Source: Candidatus Actinomarinales bacterium (lineage in GTDB: Bacteria; Actinomycetota; Acidimicrobiia; Actinomarinales; Actinomarinaceae). From it: a stretch of 57,075 nucleotides of DNA. The DNA is taken from the NCBI GenBank assembly GCA_004214055.1, contig SGYT01000002.1, positions 1 to 57,075 of the forward strand, given 5' to 3'. The notes below the pieces were generated by a model. That model saw only the letters and a program-made list of their open reading frames with translations, was not told where the DNA came from and searched no databases. The position numbers and the translations under genes were made by a program. Position 1 is the stretch's first letter; each line of letters opens with the position of its first letter. Below, piece by piece: positions 11,090 to 20,351 of this stretch.

Positions 11090-11956
11090 ATGGCAACAAA
11101 AAGACCAGAAGTTTTACTATTAGTAGGAATGTCAGGCGCAGGACGTTCTGCTAGTTCAAATGTTTTTGAGGATTTAGGATACTATGTAATCGAAAATTTA
11201 CCTCCAGATTTAGTTGAATCTGTTGTTGAGTCAAATGATGTTGCTGAGTCAAACAGACAACTTGTACTTACTGTAGATGCTAGGGATGGTTTCGCACAGG
11301 ATGAGTTAAATAAAAGTCTTAATAGGTTAAGTCAGTCAGGTGTTCTCACAAGAGTAATATTTCTTGATGCAGATACTGAAACTTTAATAGATAGATACGA
11401 AGAAAACAGAAGACCACATCCTATGGGTAAAGAGTCATTATCTCAATCTGTTAAAACGGAAAGAGACTTATTAAAACCTATTAGAGAACTAGCCGATTTA
11501 GTAATTGATACAACTGATATGAATGTTCATGACTTAAGAAAGAGAATTATTGAAGGCTTCCAGGGAGAGGCAACAAATCAAGATTTAAAAATATCTGTTA
11601 CTTCTTTTGGTTTCAAGAACGGTTCACCAAGAGATGCAGATTTAGTTTTAGATGTGAGATTTTTGCCAAATCCACACTGGAAAGAAGAACTTCGTTCATC
11701 TACAGGACAGTCACCTATGGTTAGGAATTATGTTCTATCTTTTGAAGATGCCGAAATATTTCTTGATAAGACCAAAGATCTTATCGACTTTTTACTTCCA
11801 CGATTTACGTCAGAAGGTAAATCATATGTTGGTATAGCAATAGGATGTACTGGAGGTAAACATAGAAGTGTTGTAATGACAGAAGAGATTGGCAACTGGT
11901 TAAAAAAAGATGGCAAAGATGCAGTAATTATTCATAGGGATATGAAAGAATCATAA
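11090..11956 (+). CDS. rapZ: RNase adapter protein RapZ (YvcJ-type P-loop NTPase)
   Basis: 288 aa with Walker A GMSGAGRS and the C-terminal motif CTGGKHRS. It follows uvrC as in Actinobacteria/Firmicutes. SD GAGGA lies upstream. Confidence 0.9.
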   Translation: MATKRPEVLLLVGMSGAGRSASSNVFEDLGYYVIENLPPDLVESVVESNDVAESNRQLVLTVDARDGFAQDELNKSLNRLSQSGVLTRVIFLDADTETLIDRYEENRRPHPMGKESLSQSVKTERDLLKPIRELADLVIDTTDMNVHDLRKRIIEGFQGEATNQDLKISVTSFGFKNGSPRDADLVLDVRFLPNPHWKEELRSSTGQSPMVRNYVLSFEDAEIFLDKTKDLIDFLLPRFTSEGKSYVGIAIGCTGGKHRSVVMTEEIGNWLKKDGKDAVIIHRDMKES

Positions 11957-11957
11957 G

Positions 11958-13151
11958 TTGACGTCTCAAAATAAAGTAAAAAGACTCCTTGCTCCAGAAG
12001 ATGAACTTGATTGGTTAGGTAATGTATTAATAAGATCTGATTTAAATGTTCCAATTAGTAATGGAAATGTATTAGATAATTTTAGAATTAAAAAATCTAT
12101 TGAGTATATTGAAGACCTACAGAATATTTCAACCAGCATTACTTTTACAAGCCATCTTGGAAGACCTGCAGGGTTTGAAAATTCTTTATCATTGAAGCCA
12201 ATATCAGATGAAATGAGCAAACTATTAAACCAAGATGTCGTATTTATAAAAAATAATTTAGATAAAGAAATAATAAATATTTTAAAAACTAAAAAGAAAG
12301 GTATTTTTTTATTAGAAAATCTTAGATTTAATGAAGGTGAGATAAATAATGATGAGAAATTTGCTAAAGGTGTAGCAAAGCCCTTCGATACTTATATTCT
12401 CGATGCTTTTGGGGCTTGCCATAGAGAACATGCTTCAATAGTTAAGATTGGAAATCATTTAAATTCATTTCAAGGACCTTTAATGTCTAAAGAGATTGAA
12501 GAATTAGATAAAGTATTAAATGTATCTAATGAGGATTTTACGATAATACTTGGAGGAGCAAAGGTGTCAGATAAACTAGCACTTATAAAAAATCTGCTCC
12601 CTCGAGTTAATAGTTTATTAATAGGTGGCGGAATGTGTTTTACTTTTTTGAAAGCTTTAGGTCATAATATAGGCAATTCATTATGTGAGGAAGAATTTAT
12701 TGAATCAGCTAAAGAAATTCTAGATTCAACTGACGGTAAAAAAATAACTTTACCAGTAGATTTTGGAGTTACCAAAGCAATTGAAAGTCATGCAAGAAAT
12801 AATATTGAATTATCTCAATTTAGCGATGATGATATTGGTGTTGATATAGGCAAAGAAACAATAAAAAAATTTCAAGAAATATTATCAAAATCTAAAACTA
12901 TATTTTGGAATGGCCCAATGGGAGTATTTGAAGTTGATGAATTTAGCCATGGGACAAAGGAAATCACGAATGCAATAGCTGAAATGGAAGCTTACTCAAT
13001 AGTGGGTGGGGGAGATTCAGTGAATGCAATTAATAAATTTTCAAGTACAGACAAATTTAACCATGTATCAACAGGCGGTGGAGCTTCTCTAGAGTATTTA
13101 GAAGGAAAATCTCTACCGGGTGTAAATATTTATAATCAACTTATAATTTAG
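11958..13151 (+). CDS. pgk: phosphoglycerate kinase
   Basis: 397 aa with RSDLNVP, SHLGRP, GGGDS and STGGGASLEYLEG motifs. TTG start lies 1 nt after the rapZ stop. Confidence 0.95.
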   Translation: MTSQNKVKRLLAPEDELDWLGNVLIRSDLNVPISNGNVLDNFRIKKSIEYIEDLQNISTSITFTSHLGRPAGFENSLSLKPISDEMSKLLNQDVVFIKNNLDKEIINILKTKKKGIFLLENLRFNEGEINNDEKFAKGVAKPFDTYILDAFGACHREHASIVKIGNHLNSFQGPLMSKEIEELDKVLNVSNEDFTIILGGAKVSDKLALIKNLLPRVNSLLIGGGMCFTFLKALGHNIGNSLCEEEFIESAKEILDSTDGKKITLPVDFGVTKAIESHARNNIELSQFSDDDIGVDIGKETIKKFQEILSKSKTIFWNGPMGVFEVDEFSHGTKEITNAIAEMEAYSIVGGGDSVNAINKFSSTDKFNHVSTGGGASLEYLEGKSLPGVNIYNQLII

Positions 13152-13158
13152 AGGAATA

Positions 13159-13923
13159 ATGAAAAAAATAATAATAGGTAATTGGAAATTAAACCTAGAT
13201 CATCTAGAAGCAATTCAGCTTCTGCAAAAACTTAATTATACGATAGAAGAAGACAAAGAGGAAAAGATAGATATAGTAGTCTCTCCTTCTCATACATCTT
13301 TGCGTTCCATTCAAACAATTATTGATACAGATAAATTAAATATTCTACTGTCAGCACAAGATGTATCTCAATTTTCTGGAGGAGCATATACTGGAGAAGT
13401 TTCAAGTCACCAATTAAATAAATTGAATGTAAGTTATTGTATTGTTGGACATTCTGAAAGACGAATAGAGTTTAATGATAGTGATGAAGTAGTAAACCAA
13501 AAAGTACACAACTTAATTAATGAGGGGATAACACCAATAATATGTTTTGGAGAGACATTTGAACAAAGGAATAGTAATCAATATTTAGAACATATTACAA
13601 TTCAAATTAATTCAGCTGTTAAAGGTTTAAGAAAAGACAAAGTTGAAAATCTTGTTTTTGCTTATGAACCTATCTGGGCAATTGGAACAGGAGAAGTTGC
13701 TTCTATAGAAGATACTGTAGAGGTTTTGTCTATGGTAAAAGAAAATATTTCTGAAAAACCTTTTTACGACAGTGACAGTATCCGATTTATTTATGGAGGG
13801 AGCGTCACTCCTGATAACTCTTCTGAATTGTTAAATTCTAAAATTATTGATGGAGCTTTAGTTGGTGGAGCATCTTTAGATGTCGATAAATTTGTAACGA
13901 TAATTAATTCTATAGATTTATGA
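13159..13923 (+). CDS. tpiA: triose-phosphate isomerase
   Basis: 254 aa with GNWK, VGHSERR and AYEPIWAIGTG motifs. Confidence 0.95.
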   Translation: MKKIIIGNWKLNLDHLEAIQLLQKLNYTIEEDKEEKIDIVVSPSHTSLRSIQTIIDTDKLNILLSAQDVSQFSGGAYTGEVSSHQLNKLNVSYCIVGHSERRIEFNDSDEVVNQKVHNLINEGITPIICFGETFEQRNSNQYLEHITIQINSAVKGLRKDKVENLVFAYEPIWAIGTGEVASIEDTVEVLSMVKENISEKPFYDSDSIRFIYGGSVTPDNSSELLNSKIIDGALVGGASLDVDKFVTIINSIDL

Positions 13924-14669
13924 ATTTAGTTTTTGTACGCCACGGACAAAGTATATGGAATTTAGAAAATAAATTTACAGGTTGGGTAGATATTGGCTTA
14001 AGCGATAAAGGCATTCAAGAAGCTATTAAAGCTGGTAAAACGCTGATAGAAAATAATTTTATACCTGAAATTTGTTTTACATCATACTTAAGTAGATCAA
14101 TAGAAACTTTAAATAATTTATTAAATGAGTTTGAAACAACTCTTGTTAATGAAATAAAAATTATTAAAAGATGGCAATTAAATGAAAGACATTATGGAGC
14201 ATTACAAGGTTTGGATAAGATAGATACTACGAAAAAATATGGTGAAAAGCAAGTACACGAGTGGAGGAGAGGGTATAAAACAAAACCGCCATTAATTGAA
14301 AAATATTCAAAATTTGACCCAAAACAAGATAAAGCTTATGAAGATATTGATATTGCTTTGCCATTAGGGGAGTCATTAGAAAATGTAGTCGCAAGAGTTG
14401 AATCAACTTTAAATGAAATTATTGAATTATCGAAAAATATGAACGTTCTTGTTGTTGCACATGGAAATAGTATTAGAGCTATGTTAAAAACTATTGAAAA
14501 TATTTCAGATAACTCAATAGTTGAAGTTAATATTCCTACTGGAATACCTCTCGCTTTTAATATTAACAATGATAAAATAACTAAGATTGGATACCTTGGT
14601 GAACAAGAAACAATAGAAAATTTGGAAAAAGAAATAGAACAACAATCAAAAATAGAAAAGGATAAATAA
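13920..14669 (+). CDS. gpmA: 2,3-bisphosphoglycerate-dependent phosphoglycerate mutase
   Basis: 249 aa with VRHGQSIWN (RHG catalytic motif), NERHYGALQG and VVAHGNSIRA. ATGA overlap with tpiA. Confidence 0.9.
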   Translation: MNLVFVRHGQSIWNLENKFTGWVDIGLSDKGIQEAIKAGKTLIENNFIPEICFTSYLSRSIETLNNLLNEFETTLVNEIKIIKRWQLNERHYGALQGLDKIDTTKKYGEKQVHEWRRGYKTKPPLIEKYSKFDPKQDKAYEDIDIALPLGESLENVVARVESTLNEIIELSKNMNVLVVAHGNSIRAMLKTIENISDNSIVEVNIPTGIPLAFNINNDKITKIGYLGEQETIENLEKEIEQQSKIEKDK

Positions 14670-14671
14670 AT

Positions 14672-14914
14672 ATGGGATCTACAACTGGAATACTTATATC
14701 GATTCATATTGTTGTATCCATAGCTCTTATTGCCTTAATAATGCTTAATAGTGGTAAAGGTGGAGGTTTATCTGATATGTTAGGTGGAGCTGGTGCTTCT
14801 GGAAATATAGGCCAAACGCTAGCCGAAAGAAATCTTAGCCGTATTACTGCTTTGGTTGCTTTGATGTTTGCAGCAACTACATTATCTTTATTTTGGGTAT
14901 TTAGAAATTTATAA
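14672..14914 (+). CDS. secG: preprotein translocase subunit SecG
   Basis: 80 aa with two TM segments and the Gly-rich loop SGKGGGLSDMLGG. It lies in the conserved pgk-tpiA-secG position. Confidence 0.85.
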   Translation: MGSTTGILISIHIVVSIALIALIMLNSGKGGGLSDMLGGAGASGNIGQTLAERNLSRITALVALMFAATTLSLFWVFRNL

Positions 14915-14926
14915 ATTTAAAACAAA

Positions 14927-15010
14927 GCGCGGGTGGCGGAACTGGTAGACGCGCAGGATTAAGGATCCTGTGGGATAAAACCCGTGGAGGTTCGAGTCCT
15001 CTTCCGCGCA
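14927..15010 (+). tRNA. tRNA-Leu with anticodon AAG (A34), class II
   Basis: Sequence: GCGCGGG TG GCGG AACTGGTAG ACGC G CAGGA TTAAGGA TCCTG T-GGG-ATAAAA-CCC-GT GGAGG TTCGAGT CCTCT TCCGCGC A. All arms pair. The anticodon loop TTAAGGA gives U33, A34-A35-G36, G37. No CCA is encoded. Confidence 0.88.
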
Positions 15011-15024
15011 CAAACTATAAAAAA

Positions 15025-15672
15025 ATGAATAAAACAATTGCAATAATAAACGACCCAAATGTTACTCTCGGAACTTTGCCATCAACAATAATTATGCAAA
15101 ATGCATGGGAAGCTGATTGGTCAAAATTTAACCATAATGATAACTACATCATTCTTGGTGGTCATATGGGCGCATATGAGGAAGAAAAATACGAGTATTT
15201 AAAAAAAGAAAAAGAATGGATTAGAAATGCTGTTGAGAATAATTCAAAAATTCTTGGAATTTGTTTAGGTTCACAACTTGTAGCTGACTCATTAGACGGA
15301 GAGGCCTATCTCTCTGATGAAATTGAGTTTGGTTTTAAAAAGTTAAATTTTATAAGTAAAGATGAAAAATTTTCTGATTTTGAAGATAGTGTAGTTTTTA
15401 CATGGCATAGAGATACTTTTAAAATTCCTTCAGAAGCACAATTAATTGCTCACACAGATTTTCCACAAATTTATACAATAAAGAATACAGTTTGTATTCA
15501 ATTTCACCCTGAAGTAACAGTTGAATTATTTGATAAATGGTATGACAGCGAAATAAGTAAGAAGGAATTAAAAAATTATGATGTAGAACTCACACGTAAT
15601 AAATTAATAAATCACGAGAAATTAATGTATCAAAAAGTTAATAGTTTTTATAAAAAGTGGTTAGACAGCTAG
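15025..15672 (+). CDS. class I glutamine amidotransferase-like protein
   Basis: 215 aa with nucleophile elbow GICLGSQL and His/Glu motif IQFHPE. Confidence 0.75.
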   Translation: MNKTIAIINDPNVTLGTLPSTIIMQNAWEADWSKFNHNDNYIILGGHMGAYEEEKYEYLKKEKEWIRNAVENNSKILGICLGSQLVADSLDGEAYLSDEIEFGFKKLNFISKDEKFSDFEDSVVFTWHRDTFKIPSEAQLIAHTDFPQIYTIKNTVCIQFHPEVTVELFDKWYDSEISKKELKNYDVELTRNKLINHEKLMYQKVNSFYKKWLDS

Positions 15673-16247
15673 ATTGTTCTTTCTTTTACTTCATCTAAGT
15701 AATTTTTCAATAAATTAAATCTATAACTTATGTCGTTACTTAGCAATAGTTCGTTTCTTAAATTCATTGTCATAGGAATTTTAGAACAAATTTCCCATAG
15801 ACTTAATATTCTATTTTCAGTTTCAATTTCGAAAGTTGGTATATCTATATCTAATCCTTTTTCTATTAATACAGACAAGCTTTCTTTAATTTTGATTTGA
15901 AGGTTGTCTAGTTCCTCAGTCGTCGGCGGTAATCCGATATCAATTATTATTTCTGCATTACATATGGGATATTCTTTATCAGTTTTTATACTTTTGGTTT
16001 TGTATAAATTTACACACTTTACTAAAACTAATTGTTCAGCATTTGAAATATCTCTATGTTCTATCATTTCAACTTCTGAGATAATTTGGCTCTCTCCGTC
16101 AAGATTATTACTTACACAGAATGTTTTCCTTTGTTTTATTGCGTCAGCAATAAGTAATAAGTATCTTGGTTCAAAGACTCTTAATGCTGATATTTCTGTA
16201 GGAAAATATATAATTCCAGCACCAAATAATGGAAATTCAACTATCAT
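15669..16247 (-). CDS. LON N-terminal (substrate-binding) domain protein
   Basis: 192 aa. The N-terminus FPLFGAGIIYFPTEISALRVFEPRYLLL matches the Lon N-domain signature. No AAA or protease domain is present. Confidence 0.7.
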   Translation of the reverse strand: MIVEFPLFGAGIIYFPTEISALRVFEPRYLLLIADAIKQRKTFCVSNNLDGESQIISEVEMIEHRDISNAEQLVLVKCVNLYKTKSIKTDKEYPICNAEIIIDIGLPPTTEELDNLQIKIKESLSVLIEKGLDIDIPTFEIETENRILSLWEICSKIPMTMNLRNELLLSNDISYRFNLLKNYLDEVKERTI

Positions 16248-16283
16248 AATTTCTGTTATTTAGGATAAGGGAAAAACTACATT

Positions 16284-17330
16284 ATGAGAATTGAAGATGA
16301 AATAAAATTAACATTTGATGATGTGTTGATTAGACCTAAAAGAAGTACCTTAATATCTCGTTCTGAAGTAAAACTTGAAAGAGAATTTAAATTTAGACAC
16401 AATAAGCATACATGGGAAGGAATTCCTATTTTTTCTGCAAATATGGATACTACAGGTACTTTTGAAACTGCTAAAGCATTACAAAAACATAAGATGTTAA
16501 CTTCTATACATAAATTTTATACTTTAGAGGATTGGAAAAACAATATTGACTCATTAGATCCAAACTATGTATCAGTAACAGTTGGACAGTCTCAAGAAGA
16601 TTATGATTTAAGTAAACAAATATTTGAACTTAGTAAAGACCTCAAGTTCCTTTGTATCGATGTTGCAAACGGATATAGAGAAGACTTCCTTGAAGCTGTA
16701 ATAAAATATAGACAGACTTATAAAGATAAAATTATCATTGCTGGCAATGTAGCCACTAGAGAAATGACCGAAGCGTTAATACTTGCAGGTGCAGATATAG
16801 TCAAAATAGGAATTGGTCCTGGTTCTGTCTGTACAACTAGAAGCGTTGCAGGTGTTGGTTATCCACAATTATCATCTATATCAGAATGTTCAGATGCTGC
16901 TCATGGATTAGGGGGCCATGTTTTAGCGGATGGAGGATGTAAATACCCAGGCGATGTATCTAAGGCTTTTGGTGCTGGAGCAGATTTTGTAATGTTAGGA
17001 GGTATGTTTGCAGGACATGAAGAATCAGGAGGTGAGCTTGTTACAGGTCAAGATGGTGAGCAGTATAAAGATTTTTATGGCATGTCTTCAACTAAAGCTC
17101 AACAAACATATTATGGCGACTTAGCTTTACATAGAGCTCCAGAAGGAAAAAAAGTGAGATTAAAATACAAAGGACCTATAGACCAAACAGTTCAATCAAT
17201 CCTGGGTGGCATGAGATCAGCTTGTTCTTATGTAGGGGCTAAAAAACTTAAAGACTTACCAAAAAGTACAACCTTCATTAGAGTTACCCAAACTACTAAT
17301 GAGATATACACAGGGTCTGAAAATCTTTGA
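16284..17330 (+). CDS. guaC: GMP reductase
   Basis: 348 aa, collinear with E. coli GuaC as I recall it: [71 protein letters not shown]. Confidence 0.92.
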   Translation: MRIEDEIKLTFDDVLIRPKRSTLISRSEVKLEREFKFRHNKHTWEGIPIFSANMDTTGTFETAKALQKHKMLTSIHKFYTLEDWKNNIDSLDPNYVSVTVGQSQEDYDLSKQIFELSKDLKFLCIDVANGYREDFLEAVIKYRQTYKDKIIIAGNVATREMTEALILAGADIVKIGIGPGSVCTTRSVAGVGYPQLSSISECSDAAHGLGGHVLADGGCKYPGDVSKAFGAGADFVMLGGMFAGHEESGGELVTGQDGEQYKDFYGMSSTKAQQTYYGDLALHRAPEGKKVRLKYKGPIDQTVQSILGGMRSACSYVGAKKLKDLPKSTTFIRVTQTTNEIYTGSENL

Positions 17331-17563
17331 AAATAGAAATCTATACTAAAGATCATTGCATCTGGTGCGACCGAGCAAAAAACTTATTAAATTCTGTAGA
17401 CTTAACTTATACAGAAATAGATTTATCAGATGATAATGAACGAAAAAAGTTTTATAAAAAAGTAGGTGAGGGTGTGAGCACAGTTCCACAGATTTACATT
17501 GAAGAAAAAAGAATAGGCGGTTATCCGCAACTAGTTACTTGGTTTGAAGAGAATGGCTACTAA
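17327..17563 (+). CDS. glutaredoxin-family protein
   Basis: 78 aa with CxxC active site (CIWC) and TVPQIYI..RIGGY. The TTG start overlaps the guaC stop. Confidence 0.75.
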   Translation: MKIEIYTKDHCIWCDRAKNLLNSVDLTYTEIDLSDDNERKKFYKKVGEGVSTVPQIYIEEKRIGGYPQLVTWFEENGY

Positions 17564-18455
17564 TCAATCATCTAAGACCGTTTTTTTAGCATTATCTGTT
17601 AATTTTTTTATAGCTATAGTTAAAACAATTATTTCAGTAATTACTTCTTCGAGTGCTATGTTTTCTGAAGCTATTCATTCATATGTTGATTCTGCAAACC
17701 AATTTATTTTATGGTTTGGAATGAAACAATCGAAAAAAGCAAACAAAAAAATATACCCCCTAGGAAGAGGGAAAGAGGAATATTATTGGACACTAGTTGT
17801 TGCAGTTTTAATTTTTACTATTGGAGGATTGGTTTCTCTTGAGCATGGAATAGAAGCTCTTTCTCACCCACATGAATTAAAGAATTTATATATATCAATA
17901 ATTGTTTTAACAGTATCTATTATTCTTGAGTCATATGTTTTGTACAAAGCAGTTAAACAACTTCAACAAACCAGCAACCAAAATAAATCAATCATGAAAT
18001 TATTAAAAGAATCAACTGATGGCCCCCTCATAGCTATCGTCGTGGAAGACTTTGCAGCGACCATGGGTCTTTTCATTGCTTTAGTTGGTACTTTATTAGC
18101 AAATTTTACAGGTAATCCTACTTACGATGCAGTTAGTTCGATTCTTATCGGTCTTCTTCTAATGATCTCTGGTCTATTTTTAGGTTATGAGATGAAGCAT
18201 TTAATTACTGGTGAAAGTATAAGTCAAAAGAGCAAAAATAAAATTAGAAAAATAATAACTAGTAATCAAAATGTTCTTGAAGTTACATCTCTAAAAATTG
18301 TATCAATAGGAACAAACAGTTATTTAGCATTAATTTCAATTGACTATTTAGATAAGTTAACGGATAAAGAAATAGTTAATTTAAATAAAGAACTAATAAA
18401 AGCAATACAAGATGTAGATAGCTCTGTTTCTGATATTTACTTTAACCCTAAATAA
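17544..18455 (+). CDS. cation diffusion facilitator family transporter
   Basis: 303 aa with six predicted TM segments. The TM2 metal-site motif is EAIHSYVDSANQ, and a cytoplasmic C-terminal domain is present. The true start may be the ATG at 17553. Confidence 0.82.
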   Translation: MKRMATNQSSKTVFLALSVNFFIAIVKTIISVITSSSAMFSEAIHSYVDSANQFILWFGMKQSKKANKKIYPLGRGKEEYYWTLVVAVLIFTIGGLVSLEHGIEALSHPHELKNLYISIIVLTVSIILESYVLYKAVKQLQQTSNQNKSIMKLLKESTDGPLIAIVVEDFAATMGLFIALVGTLLANFTGNPTYDAVSSILIGLLLMISGLFLGYEMKHLITGESISQKSKNKIRKIITSNQNVLEVTSLKIVSIGTNSYLALISIDYLDKLTDKEIVNLNKELIKAIQDVDSSVSDIYFNPK

Positions 18456-18469
18456 TATAAAATAAAAGT

Positions 18470-18841
18470 ATGCCCATTAATAAAAATCATCTATCAGAAG
18501 AGGAGATAGAAGTTACTCAAAATTGTGGAACTGAACCTGCATTTTCTGGAAAACTATTATATGAAAAACGAGAAGGCATATATAAGTGCATAGTTTGTAA
18601 TAATAAATTATTTGAATCAGAGTCAAAGTTTGAATCTGGAACAGGTTGGCCAAGTTTTTATGATGCAATAGGAGATACAGTTACTAGCAAAGAAGATAAT
18701 TCTTTTGGCATGAGAAGAATTGAAATAAATTGTAAGAATTGTGATTCTCACCTAGGTCATGTTTTTAATGATGGTCCAACGTCTACGGGACTCCGTTATT
18801 GTGTGAATTCACTAAGTTTAGGTTTTGATCCAGTTGAATAA
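18470..18841 (+). CDS. msrB: peptide-methionine (R)-S-oxide reductase
   Basis: 123 aa with GTGWPSF, catalytic RYCVNS, and two CxxC zinc pairs (CIVC, CKNC). Confidence 0.93.
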   Translation: MPINKNHLSEEEIEVTQNCGTEPAFSGKLLYEKREGIYKCIVCNNKLFESESKFESGTGWPSFYDAIGDTVTSKEDNSFGMRRIEINCKNCDSHLGHVFNDGPTSTGLRYCVNSLSLGFDPVE

Positions 18842-19136
18842 AATATACATTGATTCTGGATGTAATTTATGTAGTGGTTATGGGGAGTTTCTAAAAAATA
18901 GAAATACTGATTTAATTTTAGCTAATCAATTAGATCTAGAGTCAGAAGATATTACAAAAGATGAGTTAGTTTATGAAAGAAATAATAAAAAATTTTACGC
19001 TAATGACGCAATCGTAGAATCTATATATGATTTAGGTAGTTTTTATAAAGGTGTTAAATTGTTCAAATTATTTCCAGCAAGATTTAGTTATAAACTATAT
19101 AAAATATTTGCAAGAAATAGATACAGATTCAATTAA
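18825..19136 (+). CDS. thiol-disulfide oxidoreductase DCC-family (DUF393)-like protein
   Basis: 103 aa with N-terminal YIDSGCNLC (the DCC motif). Confidence 0.5.
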   Translation: MIQLNKIYIDSGCNLCSGYGEFLKNRNTDLILANQLDLESEDITKDELVYERNNKKFYANDAIVESIYDLGSFYKGVKLFKLFPARFSYKLYKIFARNRYRFN

Positions 19137-19138
19137 TA

Positions 19139-19354
19139 ATGAATTTAGATAAAATATTATCTAATAAGATATTCCAATCTTTCCTTGTCTTTTCTATATT
19201 TAGAGCAATATATGGTTTCACCATTGTTTTAATAGCTTATTTTTTAACTCAAAAATTTAATTTAAATATCTATGGGTCTTTACCAATATTCATATTTTCT
19301 ATATTTATTTCTCGTTATTTTTATAAAAAGTTTAAATTACGTTTTAATCTCTAA
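19139..19354 (+). CDS. small membrane protein, unknown function
   Basis: 71 aa with two hydrophobic segments. It is tightly packed after the previous gene. I recognise no family. Confidence 0.35.
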   Translation: MNLDKILSNKIFQSFLVFSIFRAIYGFTIVLIAYFLTQKFNLNIYGSLPIFIFSIFISRYFYKKFKLRFNL

Positions 19355-19826
19355 AATTACCGTAATTTAAAAATACTTTATAATTTTTCTCTTTTAAAAA
19401 AGATATTGCATCCTGCAACTCGTCTCTTTTTTTTGAACTAACTCTAATAGATTCATCTTGAATAGAGCTTTGTATTTTTTTTGAAAATTCTTTTAAATCT
19501 TTAACTATAATTTTTGAAATTTCTTTATCTAAACCAGATTTTAATATATATTCTCTTTTTGCTTCAGATGTTGTTTGTTCATCACTGAAATCATTCAAAA
19601 ATTTTATTGATACTTTCCTTTTAGCAAACTTTTCCCTTAATACTTGGTCCGCAGCATTGAGTCTTTCTTCGGAGCTACTTCGTAAGGAGATTGTATCATT
19701 ATTAAAACTTACTGAGGTTTTAGTATCTTTAAAATCATATCTATTTATTATTTCTCTATTCATTTGATCAATTGCGTTATTAACTTCTTGTTGATTAAAT
19801 TCAGATGTTATGTCAAAACTTGGCAT
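19344..19826 (-). CDS. yajQ: YajQ-family nucleotide-binding protein (UPF0234)
   Basis: 160 aa, MPSFDITSE..RYDFKD .. NFRD, collinear with E. coli YajQ as I recall it. SD AAGGA lies upstream. Confidence 0.85.
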   Translation of the reverse strand: MPSFDITSEFNQQEVNNAIDQMNREIINRYDFKDTKTSVSFNNDTISLRSSSEERLNAADQVLREKFAKRKVSIKFLNDFSDEQTTSEAKREYILKSGLDKEISKIIVKDLKEFSKKIQSSIQDESIRVSSKKRDELQDAISFLKEKNYKVFLNYGNFRD

Positions 19827-19853
19827 TAGATTCCTTTAGTTATAATTGTAAAC

Positions 19854-20300
19854 CTATTTTTTATAATTTTGTCTTAAATATTCATAAGTAACTATAGAGA
19901 CTGCATTAGCAAGATTTATACTTCGAGAATCGCTATTCATAGGTATAGTAATTATATTTTTGCTTTCTCGAATTATATTTTCTGGTAAACCTATTGATTC
20001 AGGACCAAAAATTAGATGAGAATATTTTTTAAGTTCAACATCCCATATATTTTTATTCCCTTTTGATGATAAGTATCCTACATTATCCAAATTTACATTC
20101 TTTTTGAATTCATTCCAGTTTTCATACATGCTCACTGAGGCTAAGTCATGATAATCTAGACCAGCTCTTCTAATTTTGTTTTCTTGAAAGTTAAATCCTA
20201 ATGGTTTAATAATGTTTAAAGGTACATTTGTATTAGCTGATAATCTAATACATGCACCAACATTGCCTGCTATTTCTGGTTGATAAAGTACAATTTCCAC
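19854..20300 (-). CDS. trmL: tRNA (cytidine/uridine-34-2'-O)-methyltransferase TrmL (SpoU family)
   Basis: 148 aa with LYQPEIAGNVGACIRL, FGPESIGLP and SINLANAVSIVTYE. The GTG start is preceded by TATAAT (20307-20312, minus strand) at N6. Confidence 0.85.
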   Translation of the reverse strand: MEIVLYQPEIAGNVGACIRLSANTNVPLNIIKPLGFNFQENKIRRAGLDYHDLASVSMYENWNEFKKNVNLDNVGYLSSKGNKNIWDVELKKYSHLIFGPESIGLPENIIRESKNIITIPMNSDSRSINLANAVSIVTYEYLRQNYKK

Positions 20301-20351
20301 ATAGTAATTATATTCCTATTGAATAGTCATAACCTATGTAAAATATTAAAT

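Noticed and set aside
20280-20351. The TTG at 20280 as the start of the large membrane protein.
   Set aside because: It would overlap the 5' end and the promoter of the divergent trmL gene. The ATG at 20352 has a TAAAAT -10 at the spacing recurrent in this window.
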